Below are positions 13,015 to 25,129 of a stretch of 64,000 bases of DNA, in pieces. Numbering within the stretch: the first letter of the stretch is position 1; the number at the start of each line of letters is the position of its first letter. This DNA comes from Podarcis gaigeae (lineage: Eukaryota). The position numbers and the translations under genes were made by a program. The notes under the pieces were generated by a model. It was not told the origin of the DNA. It did not search any database and saw only the letters and a list, made by a program, of their open reading frames with translations. Location of the stretch: assembly GCA_964106915.2 (NCBI GenBank), contig OZ066914.1, one strand, 5' to 3'.

Positions 13015-13536
13015 CTAAAGAAGCACAAGCCAGAACAGTAACAAAAATTACCCTTGAATCAGATACTAAAAGCATTAAAACAAGCAAAGAGTCTCAGATT
13101 AAAACAGCCTATGAATATAAACAAGAGTCTTCCACGGAAACGACGAGCGTGACAATATCTACAGCTCAAAAAGCACAAGAAGCTGAGAAACTGAGGATCA
13201 GAGACTACTACCCTGATGTTGTGCCGTGCGAAGACATCGCCGAAACTGGTGCCACAGTACCAGTCTTCCTTGAAACTCTGCCCCCAGAAAGCTTTGTCAA
13301 AGAAGGAGATAATGTCTCGCTGTTCTGTGTAATCAAGGGGTTCCCTACACCTTGTGTCATCTGGCTGTATAACCAGCTAATAGTTGAGGATTCTGCATTG
13401 TGCTCTTTGAGGCACGATGGCCCACTGTGCAGTTTAAACTTACTGAAAGTTAAGGAGAATCAGAGGGGTATATACAAGTGCAGAATAGTTAATTCTGCGG
13501 GACAAGCCGAGTGCAGCACACATCTGAGAGTGACAG
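13015..13536 (+). CDS. TTN: Additional Novex-like titin exon (about 82-aa linker plus I-set Ig), no known human counterpart
   Basis: cctaac branch point; ttattcttgcctag|CT...ACAG|gttggc; 522 nt, phase 1-1, stop-free; PVFLETLPPESFVKEGDNVSLFCVIKGFPTPCVIW...GIYKCRIVNSAGQAECSTHLRVT. Confidence 0.8.
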
Positions 13537-13810
13537 GTTGGCAACTGCATGTTCCTTCCATATACTCCTCTTGCGTACCGTCGTTGAAACCTGTTCAATC
13601 CACAGTCCGTGATATAATGAAGCGGCTGTGGATTGTTGAATATTTTCCTCATGGTGTTAAAGGCATGTTAAAGGCATGTTGAATTAGAAAAAGAAAGAGA
13701 GGGAGAGGGTGGGGAGAGGGAAAGGCTCCATTAAAATGCTGTGGGGGAAAATCCCCAATACTTTAGCATCCTCCCACTATTTGTTTTCAACTTATCAGGC
13801 ACTTCCTGGC

Positions 13811-13850
13811 ATGTATGTGTATGTATGTATGTATGTATGTATGTATGTGT
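13811..13850. repeat. (TATG)n microsatellite
   Basis: Directly visible, about 100 nt upstream of exon 47. Confidence 0.9.
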
Positions 13851-13947
13851 GGTTTTTTCCTCCCCCTATCAATGCATCATTTTTATTTTCTTCTCTTGCA
13901 ACATTCAACTCGCTTTCCATTAAATCACACTTTTATTTTTATTACAG

Positions 13948-14004
13948 CCCTGGAAAGAGTTCTGCAGGAGAAGATAGAACAACAGATTGAAATGGAAGTG
14001 AAAG
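13948..14004 (+). CDS. TTN: Titin exon 47
   Basis: ttacag|CC...AAAG|gtacag; 57 nt; ALERVLQEKIEQQIEMEVK resembles recalled human APESILHERIEQEIEMEMK. Confidence 0.93.
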
Positions 14005-15139
14005 GTACAGTCGCACACAAACGTTTATATGGAAAGGAAGGTTTAGCATAAAAAAAACCCCAGTAACCCCTTTGAAAAGCTGATACGTATGACCAAGAAA
14101 GCAAAACATATTCTGAAGCATATCTGAATATGCCGCATGTTTTGTTTTAATATGCTCAGGATAACCTGCATTATTACAAAAAGGATACAAGTTTTAAAGT
14201 CCATTTAAAACTTTTCATTTTCACAGATTTGCCCGTCTTTACTTTCACATCGTGCTATGCAGCTGGTTGCAAAAGCTTTTCTTTCGTATACCTTCTTGTA
14301 ATGCATGGGACAATTTTAGACTGAATTGCTTCGGATGGTTTCAGAACACATTAGTCCTCTAACATGAATGAGTTGGTCAAAAACCATGGGCTGGCATCTG
14401 ATTAAGATGCAACACTTTGCAAGATGGGAAAGGGGCCTGTTTCCATTGTTGCCCTCCCATTTCATGAACATGATATTAATTCTCCTTTATGGAAATTCTT
14501 ACACTGGCTTGCAGATAGCATAGTTGGGCCATGTTGCTTGCTTTCTTTCCTTTTTTCTTTTTTTGCATAACATTGTGAAGTTAGCAGCTGTATTAGTTCG
14601 AATAAACGCCTTCTCATTTTGTTTTAGCAAATTACTTACAGTTGATTTTTTTTTCATATCTTTGAAAAATATCTTTTCTATTGTTTGACCATTTTAACCC
14701 ACAATCAAAGGGATCAGAAAGGGCGTTTATTCTACTGTCTGCAAGTCAGGTAAGATTCCCCTCCCCTTCTTTGCAAAGAAGAAATGCAAAAAAAAAAAAA
14801 TTACAAAAAAATAAAAAGCTTTTCAGGCAGTAAAACATGCACCCACAGGAACATGTCATTTTGAGATTCATTTTGCTTGTTGATGAAGAAATTTCCGCAG
14901 TTGGAAGAAAGAACCGACAGCGAACGATTTTCGTGTCAGAATCTTTAAAACAGAGCAAGGCGTTGCGTTTATTCGAACAAATATGGTGAGTGAATTTTTT
15001 TTTAATGGATTTGTGATGAATCTGTTGCATGCTCATTATTTAATTTCATTTATAGCTATTTCATTTCTTTTCATTTTTTTTCCCAACTGTGTGATTGAAA
15101 GGACGGAGTACGCTGTAATGTAATGGTATTCTTTTGCAG

Positions 15140-18100
15140 AACTGTTCTTCGGTGAAGAGCCAGAATATGCAGAAAACCCAGCTGGCAAACAGGCTGCTTC
15201 TGCTGATTCCGTAGATCTTCCGCAACATGGATCTCTCCCGGATCTGAAGGGCACAAGTGGAATGTCATTTATGCATTCCTGGCCTGAGAAACAGAAACCT
15301 TCTTTCACACAAAAGTTAAAGTATCGGTCTGTTATGGCTGGAGAGCCAGTTGTTTTCCAGTGCAAATTGAGTGCCCTTCCTTTGCCCCAAATAACATGGT
15401 ACCATAACAACAGGCAAATCCCCCAAAGTCTGCGAAGGCGAATAAAGAGTGAGAGCTGCATGGATATGCACAGCTCCAGTCTAGAGGTAAAAGAAGTTCA
15501 GGAAAGGGACTCAGGGAGTTACAAGGTTTTTGCTATTAACAGTGAGGGTTCAGCTGAGTCCACTGCTTCATTGTTGGTAGCACATGGTGACAAACAAAAT
15601 GCCAAATACCTAGAGTTTTTGAGACAGTCAGAGAGTACTTGTGAACGTATAGAGCATCTGGTGCAGAAAAGGAGTGGCGATAGGCTCAAAGTTGATCTGC
15701 GGTGTATTGGTTCTCCGTTTGATAAGAAGCAGGAAACCGAGAAAGCGCTGAGAGCTTTTTCTCCTACCAAAGGGATGGTGAGGACCATAAGCTTTGAAAG
15801 CCTCTCGTCCTTAAGAAAAGGATTTGTATACGATAAGGATTGGGTAAGAAACAGGCGTGCAGGTAGGTGGTGTAGTGAGGGAGAGGCTTTGCTTGACGAG
15901 GAAACAAAAGTAAAGTTGCAGCGACTTCGCGAGGCAAAAAAAGCCATGCTGGAAAAGAAAAAAGTGCTTCTATCACAGGGATCGACAGAGGAACACCTTC
16001 CCTCTGCGAAAATTGTAGGAATTGGGAATAAAAGAGGCCCGTTGGCTCGTTCAATCTGTGCAGCATCTCATGTAGAGACAAAGGGACTTGCTTTCCAAAC
16101 TATAGAGCAGATTAATGAAAAGGCCATGTTACCGACAGTGTCAGGCACTAAAGAAGTTACGGTAGGAAGTTCTAGCAGGCAGCTTGAGAAAACATCAGAA
16201 AAATTTCAGGTTAGAATGGAACGGATCCTGGGCCTTCCTGGGCCTCCTCAGATTCTCCAGGATTTTCCTGATAAAAGCAATAGGGGAGGAATGTTCCGGA
16301 GACAGGAGGTAGTAGCCTCTAAAGGGAACGTGAAGCCACAAGTTCCAGAAACAGATCCAAAGGCAATCGGGAACACAAGATGGATGCACCATACTTATAC
16401 CCATGGAAAATCAGAAGAAGCAAGAATGGATACTCAAGACTTCAAGGCGACAAAAACCATTAAGAAAAACCCCTCTCCCCTGGTATATGTACTTTTGACT
16501 GATGATGTCAGTGAGAGAGAGAAGGATGATGTCAGTGTGAGAGAGAAAGATGATGTCAGTGAGAGAGGGAAACCTGACATGATGATGTCTGATACAATCA
16601 CATTGAACATTAATGAACCTGTGCCTGTTTTTGAGATCAGGGAAATGAGCAAAACTGTAGAAACGGCAATGTCAGTAAACAAATGCTCCCTTGAAACCGA
16701 AGAGTCTGTGTTGACTGAGGTCACTGAAACAGAAACGGAGATAACAGAACCACCTGACAAATTGGTGATGCCTCTTCCGAAATATCTGGAGCCATGCCCC
16801 CCTTTCTTTGTTCATGAAATTGAATCACAAGAAGTAAGCGAAGGAGAGAGCTGTATTTTTAATTGTGATTTCCAAGGCCATCCACAGGTCACTGTCACTT
16901 GGTATAACAATGACAAGCCGCTGTCACGTAACCAAGAATGTAACATCAGAACCACAGAAAATAGTTCTACACTGACATTCTCCACCATTGTCCGTGATCA
17001 GGAAGGCTCCATTACTTGTGTGATATTTAACCAGCATGGGACTGCTACAACTTCAGGAACGCTAAAATTGAAAGGAAAGGAAAAGCCTGAATTTGAACCA
17101 TTCAGTATATGTAAAGTTGAGCTTTCACCAGACTATGCAGAAGAGGAAGAGGAACTCAGTTTGGCATTTGAGTATTCAAAAAAAGATGAACCTGATTTAA
17201 GTATGGATGGCAGAGCCACTCTCCTGCCTCCACAGATTAACCTGCCCAGACCTTGCATTTCTGATCCAGATCTGCTTTCACTTCCTGTGGAAATAAAAAT
17301 AACTGCTCCAACCCCAACTCCAGAACAAGATGAAGAATTTAAAGAATTAACTCAGTTTGTTGAGTTTGTGCCTGAAGAACCCCCTGAAGAACAAACTTCT
17401 GCAGGACTAAAGCATAAGTTTAAATTTTCATTTGATGTGGCTCATGAACCCCCCAAAATCTTAAAAGAAATTCAACAACATGTTAGATGTAGAGAAGGGG
17501 ATTCGGTGGTACTTGAATGCTTAATATCTGCAGAACCACTGCCAATTGTAACATGGCTGCAGAATGATGGGATTTTAATCCCCACTGAAAAGTTTTACTT
17601 TGAGGAGGGAGATGGCGTTTATAGGTTGCACGTTTGCAAGGTTTCCATATCTGATGCTGGCACGTACAAATGTGTTGCCGAAAACAAAGCTGGCATAGTC
17701 GAAACTGTTTGTTATCTTTCAGTTGATCCCACCTTGGAAATATTTTCGGATGAAACTGAGCTCAAAGCTGTCGAAAGCCAAGTCAGAGGAACTCAGGACC
17801 AGATTGCAAAAGAACATTTGGGGAGTTATTTTGAATCCTCAGTAGGACTTACGGAAAGTAGTTTTAGCGATAAAGCATATTCTGTAAGCCAGCAGTTCCA
17901 CAGTGTTAGTAAACTGGATTTCGGAGGGGAAGAAACAGGTAGACCAGCCCAGGAAATGGAATCCCAGCTGCCAAATTATCTAAATGATGTAATGAAGTCT
18001 CTACTTGCTGATGAAAGTGAACACCCACATTTCCAGATCTGGGAGCAAAAAGAAGTATATAAAGAGATGGAGTCAAATGCAAAAGAAGAACAAAGGGTAG

Positions 18101-21100
18101 CCAGTATTTCAGAAATTTTAGCAGACACTCCACTTGTTGAGGAATTTAGAGATACAGCTGCTGAGCAAGCCAAAGTAGAAAGCACATATAAACACGCAGC
18201 CATGGAAATATCATCAAGCTGTCAATTTGAAATGGTTGTAGAGAGTCATAAGGAAAGAGAGAGGTCAGTTACAGGAGAAGACATTTCTGTAAGTCATGAT
18301 GTAAAAGATGAAGGGAAAGCTGTAAGAGACATATTTGAGAAGATGCAGAAGATTTCTAAAGATCAGGAATTCACACTAGCATATCTGGAACCAGAATCGG
18401 AGAGTCTTCAGTATGGACCAACTCAAGGTATATCACACAAGGAAATACCTTCAAGTGAGGTAATCACAGACATACCATTTAAGGAAGTTAAAGAACAAAT
18501 CTGCACTTTTGAGCAGGAGTTAAGTGCAAAAGAATCTATGGATCATAGGTTTTCCACACTGCTGCAAGAAGACAGTGATATCCATGAGAAGGATCAATGT
18601 TTTACTGATATATTAAGCAAGAATTCTCAGGATCAGTCAGCCATAGAAGAGAGAAGTATGTTACATCTGCAAAATATAAACAATGAACTCCAAAGTGCAC
18701 CTAAGGAAGAACAACTTGACAGTGAGGTTGTAAACAAAGAAAATCTGCAGGAGGCAGTAGCCAATGAACACCAAGAACTGTTCAGAGTAGAAAAAGAGCA
18801 AGCATTCAGAAGTTCTATCTCTGACAAAGAGAAAGACACTTTGATCCATGAGGAAAAGTTCACTAGCTTTGGTGAGGGGAAAGAGAAGGAAATCCATTGT
18901 GGTGAAGAATTGGTAGGAAAAGCAGATGTAAGTGTGCCTGAATTTGTATTTGATTTAAAACAAATGCTTACTATTGAAGACAACGTAGATAAGAATGCTC
19001 AAGAACAAACTGAAACTCAGGAACTCATAGGCCCAAGCTCAATTGATGGCAAACTTGATATCTCACTTGATGGAATGCCGGTTCATGCAGATACAGAAAC
19101 TGCTGATGAACAACAAAACAGACTTAAGTCAGAGGAAGTGTATGCCAAAGAAAAATGTTTGGTTTCTGAAATAATACAAGCTAATACAAACAAAATCACA
19201 GAATCAGCACAAATCGGCATATCAGCTCTAGAACAAAGATTGGATTCTAGTCAAGGTATTTCTAAAGAGGGTGAACTTGTAAAGGAAGCAAATTATGCCC
19301 AAGAAGATGCATTATGCCTAGAGAAGGAAGAATTTGGTTTACATCCAGCTTCCTTAGGCACAGAAACTGTTGTTGAGGAACGAGAGGAAATCGTTATCAA
19401 AGAACTTTCAGATTTTGAAAGAACAGACCTAGGCAAGATAATAGAAAGTGCAGAAGTAGACACATCAGCTGAGAGTTATAGCCAGGATATCAACAAAGAG
19501 AAGGAACTGGGAGAAGGAATATTTGATTTAAAACAACTTTCTCTGCATGTAGAAAATGATAGTCAAAACCAGGACAATGTCCTTGTGAAAGCTCTGCATT
19601 CCGGTTCTGAAGAAATGAAACTAGATGTCAACAAAACCCCAGAGATTGTACAATCTCCCACTTTGTTTCTAGAGCAAGGAAGAGCTTCTCAACAAGAGCT
19701 TTCCCAAGATACTGAACCAGTAAAGACAGAATATAGTTTCAAGGAAGCTATCTTATCCTTTGAAGAAGAATTTCCCTCCAAACAATCTAATTATAACATA
19801 GAAATTGTTGTTCAAAAGGAAGTTCGCATTGAGGAAAAACAGACTCATGAAAAGGATCAAGATTCTGTTTTTACTGTTCCAGACATAGAAATTATTGGGG
19901 GAAAATATGTTAAAACTGAATATTCAGTTGCTGAAAGCCTGGAAACTGACGTGGCTGAACATGCACACAAAAAATCGGATTTAGAGGTTTCTAAAGTAAA
20001 TGAAACTATAAAGGAAAAAAGTGCTGCACTGCAACAATCATTACCCCCTAAAAATGGCATTTTTGACTTAAAGCAAGCTTACTCAGATATAGAAAAAAAT
20101 AGCCACCTACCAGAGACAGAAGAAACATACTTAAAAAACCTCTATTCCGCTTCTGAAGGAGTTCAGGCTGATACACAGAGTACCATGGAAAATGCACCTC
20201 AAATAATGCATTCTTGCCAAAAAGATTCCTTCTCTTTGAAAACCATGATGGAAGAAGATAATGTTCAGGAACGTATATCCCCAGAAAACAAAGACATTGA
20301 TTTAAAATTAGCTTTTCTGAATCTAGAAAGTGTTGATCAACAGCAAAAAGAGAAGTTGCCACAGGGGCAAATACCTCTCAAATTCCTGTATTCTGCTTCA
20401 GAGGAAATGGAAGCCTTTCAAGGGCAGCAGTTGAAATCCACTGAAAGCAATGTCCTCTACAAGAGCAGCAACCACAAAGAATGCACCCTGTCCCCAGGGA
20501 AAGAACTACAAACACAAGAGCAAATGTTTGATCTGAAAGCACATGCTGCATCTTTATCACAAGGCTTTTCATTGAAGGAGGCTGAAACATTACCAGAGAA
20601 AGAAGTGGGTTCCTTTAATCTGAGGTCTGCTTTTGAGACCGTGGGTACAGAGACAGAGAGTTTCATAAAACAGCTACAGAAGGCAAGCGTACCAGAGGAA
20701 GGAGTTTCTCTAAGTGAGGAACTTCGTCAGAGCTATAAGGCGCGGCTGGAGGGAGATAATTCCCTAGAACAAAAATTACAAGCGGAAGCAGAGCTGACAG
20801 TGACACAAATACTGAAGAAGGCCTTAGAAACGATTAGCCTTTCTACTGAACAGGAGCCTGCTACAAATCGGCATTGCGATCAGGAGGGGAAAATTTCTGA
20901 GGAGGAAGTGCTTAGGATGCCAGATGAAGCCTTTCTGTGGGGGCAGCCAGAACCCATCCCTCTCAGTCAGTATTTTCAAAACCAAGTGAAAGAAACTGGT
21001 GTCCTCGAAGCGGATAGTTTCATATCTGATTTGAAGAAAGCTGCACATGGAAAGAAGCCTCAAAGCGTTCATGAAACAGGGGGAGAAAAGACACGTGCTA

Positions 21101-23550
21101 CTGAGCAAACCATTATCAAAGCGAGGAGTTCTTCCACTGAGGGGGCTACTGATATCAAGAAGCCTTTTGATAGTCAAATAATGCCTGACAAACAACCATC
21201 ATCACACAGCTCAGCCAAGGAACCCTCGTTGACCCAGTTCCTTCTTTCCTTAAAAGATGAATCACTTATAAGCCAGGGAGGTGTGACAGGAGAATGTGAA
21301 ACTACTGAATTCATGAATCCTCCTCTAGGAAATCTAACTGAAGGGGCTACCAAAGAAAGTACTCTTCATGCTCAAGAACCTCCTCCTCCTCATGAAGGAG
21401 CAGATTTCTCTCTTACAAAATATTTGCTTGCTGCCAGAGAACAGGAGATCCCAGTTGTCAGAGAGAGCTCATCCAGGACTCTGACCAGGGAGGGATCTAT
21501 CACATCCTTGGAGGTTGAAGATGTTACATTTAGCACCGTTTATGATTATTACAAGCAACAGCAAGAACTGACCCGCCCTTTTTCTCCTGAGTCAGAAATG
21601 TCTATTGATATTGACAGCATGAGCGGAGACGAAATGGGAGAGGCTGAGGGATTCTACACACCACCGTCGTCAGTGGATAATTTTGAATCTCCCATGTCTT
21701 TTGAGTCTTATCACACACCAATTGGCAACCCGGAACGATATTCTACACCTTCAGAGGAACGATACTCTACACCATCAGAGGAGCGATATTCTACACCGTC
21801 AGAGGAGCGATATTCTACACCATCAGAGGAGCGATATTCTACACCATCAGAGGAGCGATATTCTACACCATCTGCAGAGTCGAACAGAGCTTCAATGAGG
21901 TCTCCTGCAAATCTAGTGAGGGGAAGTACCCCACCAGAACATTACCAAACACCCCGTGGCTCTCGTTTGCAACACAGGAGCTCTTCTCTCGAAGAGCTAC
22001 GTGCTGAAATGTTCGGTACACCTTGTGAAGCATTGGAACCAAAGGGAAACGAAATTCCCCCTGCATTTATTAAGCCATTGACTAAAAGAAAAATCTATGA
22101 GAACACCACATTGCGTTTTATTGCCGAGGTCATAGGGATTCCCATACCTGATGTGAAATGGTATAGAAATAAGTCATTGCTTGAGCAAGATGAAAGGGTC
22201 AAAATACAAAAAGAAGGTGATGTTTGTATCTTAGAAATCCGCAACATTCAAAAAACAGATGGAGGGGAATATATGTGCCATGCAATAAATATCATAGGCG
22301 AATCCAAGAATATCGCACAAGTACAAGTGTTACCCCATGATGGAAGAGCTTTGGCTCTTCCTCCTCCAGTAACTCATCAACATGTTATAGAGTTTGATAT
22401 AGAACAAGGGTCAGCGTCACGAACACCTTCGCCTCAGGAAATTCTCCTGGAAGTAGAGCTGGATGAAACTGAGATTAAGGAATGTGAGAAGCAAGTGAAA
22501 ATAGCCACTATTCCTGAACTCACTTCTGATAATCAAAGTATGATTGTGTCTCTTGATGTTCTCCCTTTATCTCTGGTGGAACACACAACGGCTTCTTTTG
22601 GGAAAGAGAACAAAGATGTTACAATTGACTTTGAAGTCACCGAGATGCCTCCACGCTTTACCACCCCTGTCTTTGACATAGAGGTTCCAGAAAAATCTGA
22701 GGCATTGTTTCATTGTACAGTCGCGGGCTGTCCTACCCCAGTAGTGCAGTGGTTTAAGGCAAATCAGTGCATTTCTTCAGATGCTTTGAAGTACACTGTT
22801 AGAAGTGAGAATGGAAGTCATAGTCTTAAAATTCAGAATGTACAGCATTCTGATAGTGGCATGTATTTGTGTAAGGCTGTTAATGCTGTTGGAGAAGCTA
22901 TATGCAGGTGCTTGTTAGCTGTAACCGAGGGCCAAGGGGCTCTTGCAGTGACCAATGATGGAAGTCAGGCAGATTTAAGTTTGGATAGCACTAGTGGTAG
23001 GCCTCAAAAGATTGATTTGCTTGTTGATAATACTATCCAAAATGGCAACCAGACGGAAATAGAGCTGGAGTTTGAGTTTGAAGGTGACACTGATGATTCT
23101 CAGAAAGCTGTTAAATTGGTAGCTGTTACAGAACAGGAGCAGGAAGAGGAAGGAGAAGCATGTGTAAGTATTAACTTTGATGTATTTGCTGAACCATCCA
23201 AAGAAGAGCAGATTGAATTTAAAGGTGAGAGCACAGACAGCTGCAGCTTTGAATTTCAAGTTACAGAAGCACCTCCAAAGTTTATGAAACATATTTCTGA
23301 TTGTGCTTCTTTCAAGGGTACCTCTGCAAGTTTCCAGTGTTTAGTAGTTGGTTCTCCAAAACCGGCAATAAGCTGGTTTAAAAATGGGGCGTTGATTCAT
23401 GAAGAGAGATACTGTGTGGAGGAAAGTCAGGAAGGTTGTCACAGTCTGACTATAAGAAGCTTAGTCCAAACTGATGAAGGCGAGTATAAGTGTGTAGCAA
23501 CCAACAAAGCAGGGACTGCCTATAGCAGTGCTTCGTTAACAATCTGCTGA
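15140..23550 (+). CDS. TTN: Titin Novex-3 terminal exon (48), coding part, about 2803 aa, six Ig-like domains
   Basis: tttgcag|AA CTG TTC; open to TGA at 23548-23550; KPSFTQKL, INSEGSAESTASLLV and LDEETKVKLQRLREA match recalled human Novex-3; Ig-like domains start near 15295, 16798, 17449, 22057, 22648 and 23272. Confidence 0.93.
16501..16572 (+). repeat. Coding 24-nt tandem repeat x3 (DDVSEREK)
   Basis: gatgatgtcagtgagagagagaag-like unit three times. Confidence 0.9.
21733..21876 (+). repeat. Coding 24-nt tandem repeat x6 (ERYSTPSE)
   Basis: gagcgatattctacaccatcagag-like unit six times. Confidence 0.97.
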
Positions 23551-24943
23551 ACGTTCTGCTTTCAAAATGTATGTATTCTTAAAGAGACAGCACATTTGCA
23601 CCGCATTTAGAGATCCATCCTGGTAGACTATGTAGCAGTAATTTTGATGCTTCTTGTTATTTGAAGCAACCTTATGAGTGGGATTCACTGGCCCCTCCCC
23701 AAGGCTCTCCCTACTGGGAACTACTGTGGAGATGAAGTGATGCTTAGCTCTTATTACAGGCTAAGCTTCACTCAAAGCGAGTTCCATTGATCCCAACACC
23801 GTACGCATCCTTGTAATGATATCATTGTAATTGTCACCCACATGTGTACATCATCTTTGTCTGATACATGTAAATATGATTGTTTTATTTAAAAGGTGCA
23901 TTCACATTTTTGTTAAGAGGGTCTTGAAATATTTGATACCCCCTTTTTTTCTTATAACTGACTTTTTTGGAATTGTACTTTATATGCACACTGAATTTTA
24001 AACGCAGTACCAGAAAAAAAATGAGGATTTCCCTCTCGCAATGTTGTATCAGAAAATAACATTCTCTCTTGAACAGATCCTGAAATCATATGTTATTTCT
24101 CTCCCACTGAAGTAACTGAGACTTATGTTGATCTCATTCCAATTCAAATGAAGAGTATTAACATGACACCAGTTGAAATACCCTGATTCAAAGAGAATCA
24201 GAGACCAAATTGGCCCGTTTGGGTTTTCTGTCACAGTGGAGATTGCAGAAAAAACTTTCAGATTTATTTTTCTTTTACCAAGTTAAAACTACCTGTTAAC
24301 TAGAGAAAAAGCAATGCAAAACAGGCAAATATGCTAATGTGAACCTAGCATAAATAAAATATATTGAAATTAAACTTCTTAGAGATGGTTACACTTTAGG
24401 TGGGTCAATTAATCTCTAGCAATGGATAAAATGAAACAGAACCCTGAAATCCATCTCAAGCCAAGGCCTTGATAGCCAACATTTTTTTCAAAATACAATT
24501 CTTTATCGAGGGATATTCATGTTATTCTGTTACAGCAAAATAGTAGTCTTGCGAACCTTCAAAGGCTAGCAAATTTATTATGTCACATTCACACAAAAAA
24601 TATACCATAATAAATTTGATAGTCTTTCAAGTATCATAAAACTCTTTGCTGTTTTTAAACTTCTGTCATCATAGACTAGAAGAAGTATGAATTTAAAACC
24701 ATGTTTTTCAGTATATGAACAGACATGAATATTGTCCACTGTACAAATTTCATTCAGTAAAATGTTTTGTGCTGTGGTTGCATGCAAGCTTAGCTGGGAC
24801 CAAATCCCATTGGAGACAATGGGGTTTTACTCCTGAGTAAACATGCCTAGGTTTGGGACTCTAAGGCTGCAGTTCCAGACCCTATATGTCTGAGAGAAAA
24901 CCTAAATCAACGCAATGGGGCTTACCTCCAAGTTGATCTGTAT

Positions 24944-25129
24944 CATAGGAGCCAACTCCTAGGGGCTGAGCTCCTTTCGCCCTCCCGTATGTTATTTGAG
25001 GGGGTTGGTGGCTCTTCAAAGTTGATGGGCATTGCCATTTAAATGGGCGGGTGTGCCATGTCTTGTGATCAATTATGTGGGGTGAGGCTTACCTACCCCC
25101 TCAATATTTTATTCAAGATGGCACCCCTG
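24944..25129. mobile_element. hAT-type MITE
   Basis: Imperfect TIRs CATAGGAGCCAACT / AGATGGCACCCCTG; 8-bp TSD ATCTGTAT / ATCCGTAT. Confidence 0.65.

Noticed and set aside
14642-14749. 108-nt in-frame cassette exon using the 14750 donor
   Set aside because: It contains an in-frame TGA in the phase-1 frame and is very T-rich.
21733-21876. CRISPR-like array
   Set aside because: The units are head-to-tail in-frame coding repeats with no spacers, in a vertebrate exon.
15519-23292. Minus-strand ORFs overlapping Novex-3 (and likewise N2B and the Ig exons)
   Set aside because: They are antisense shadows of the coding strand with no recognisable domains.
15262-23550. The 2762-aa ORF as an independent gene
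   Set aside because: The frame extends upstream to a phase-1 acceptor at 15140 and matches titin Novex-3. A stand-alone start is kept only as a speculative finding.
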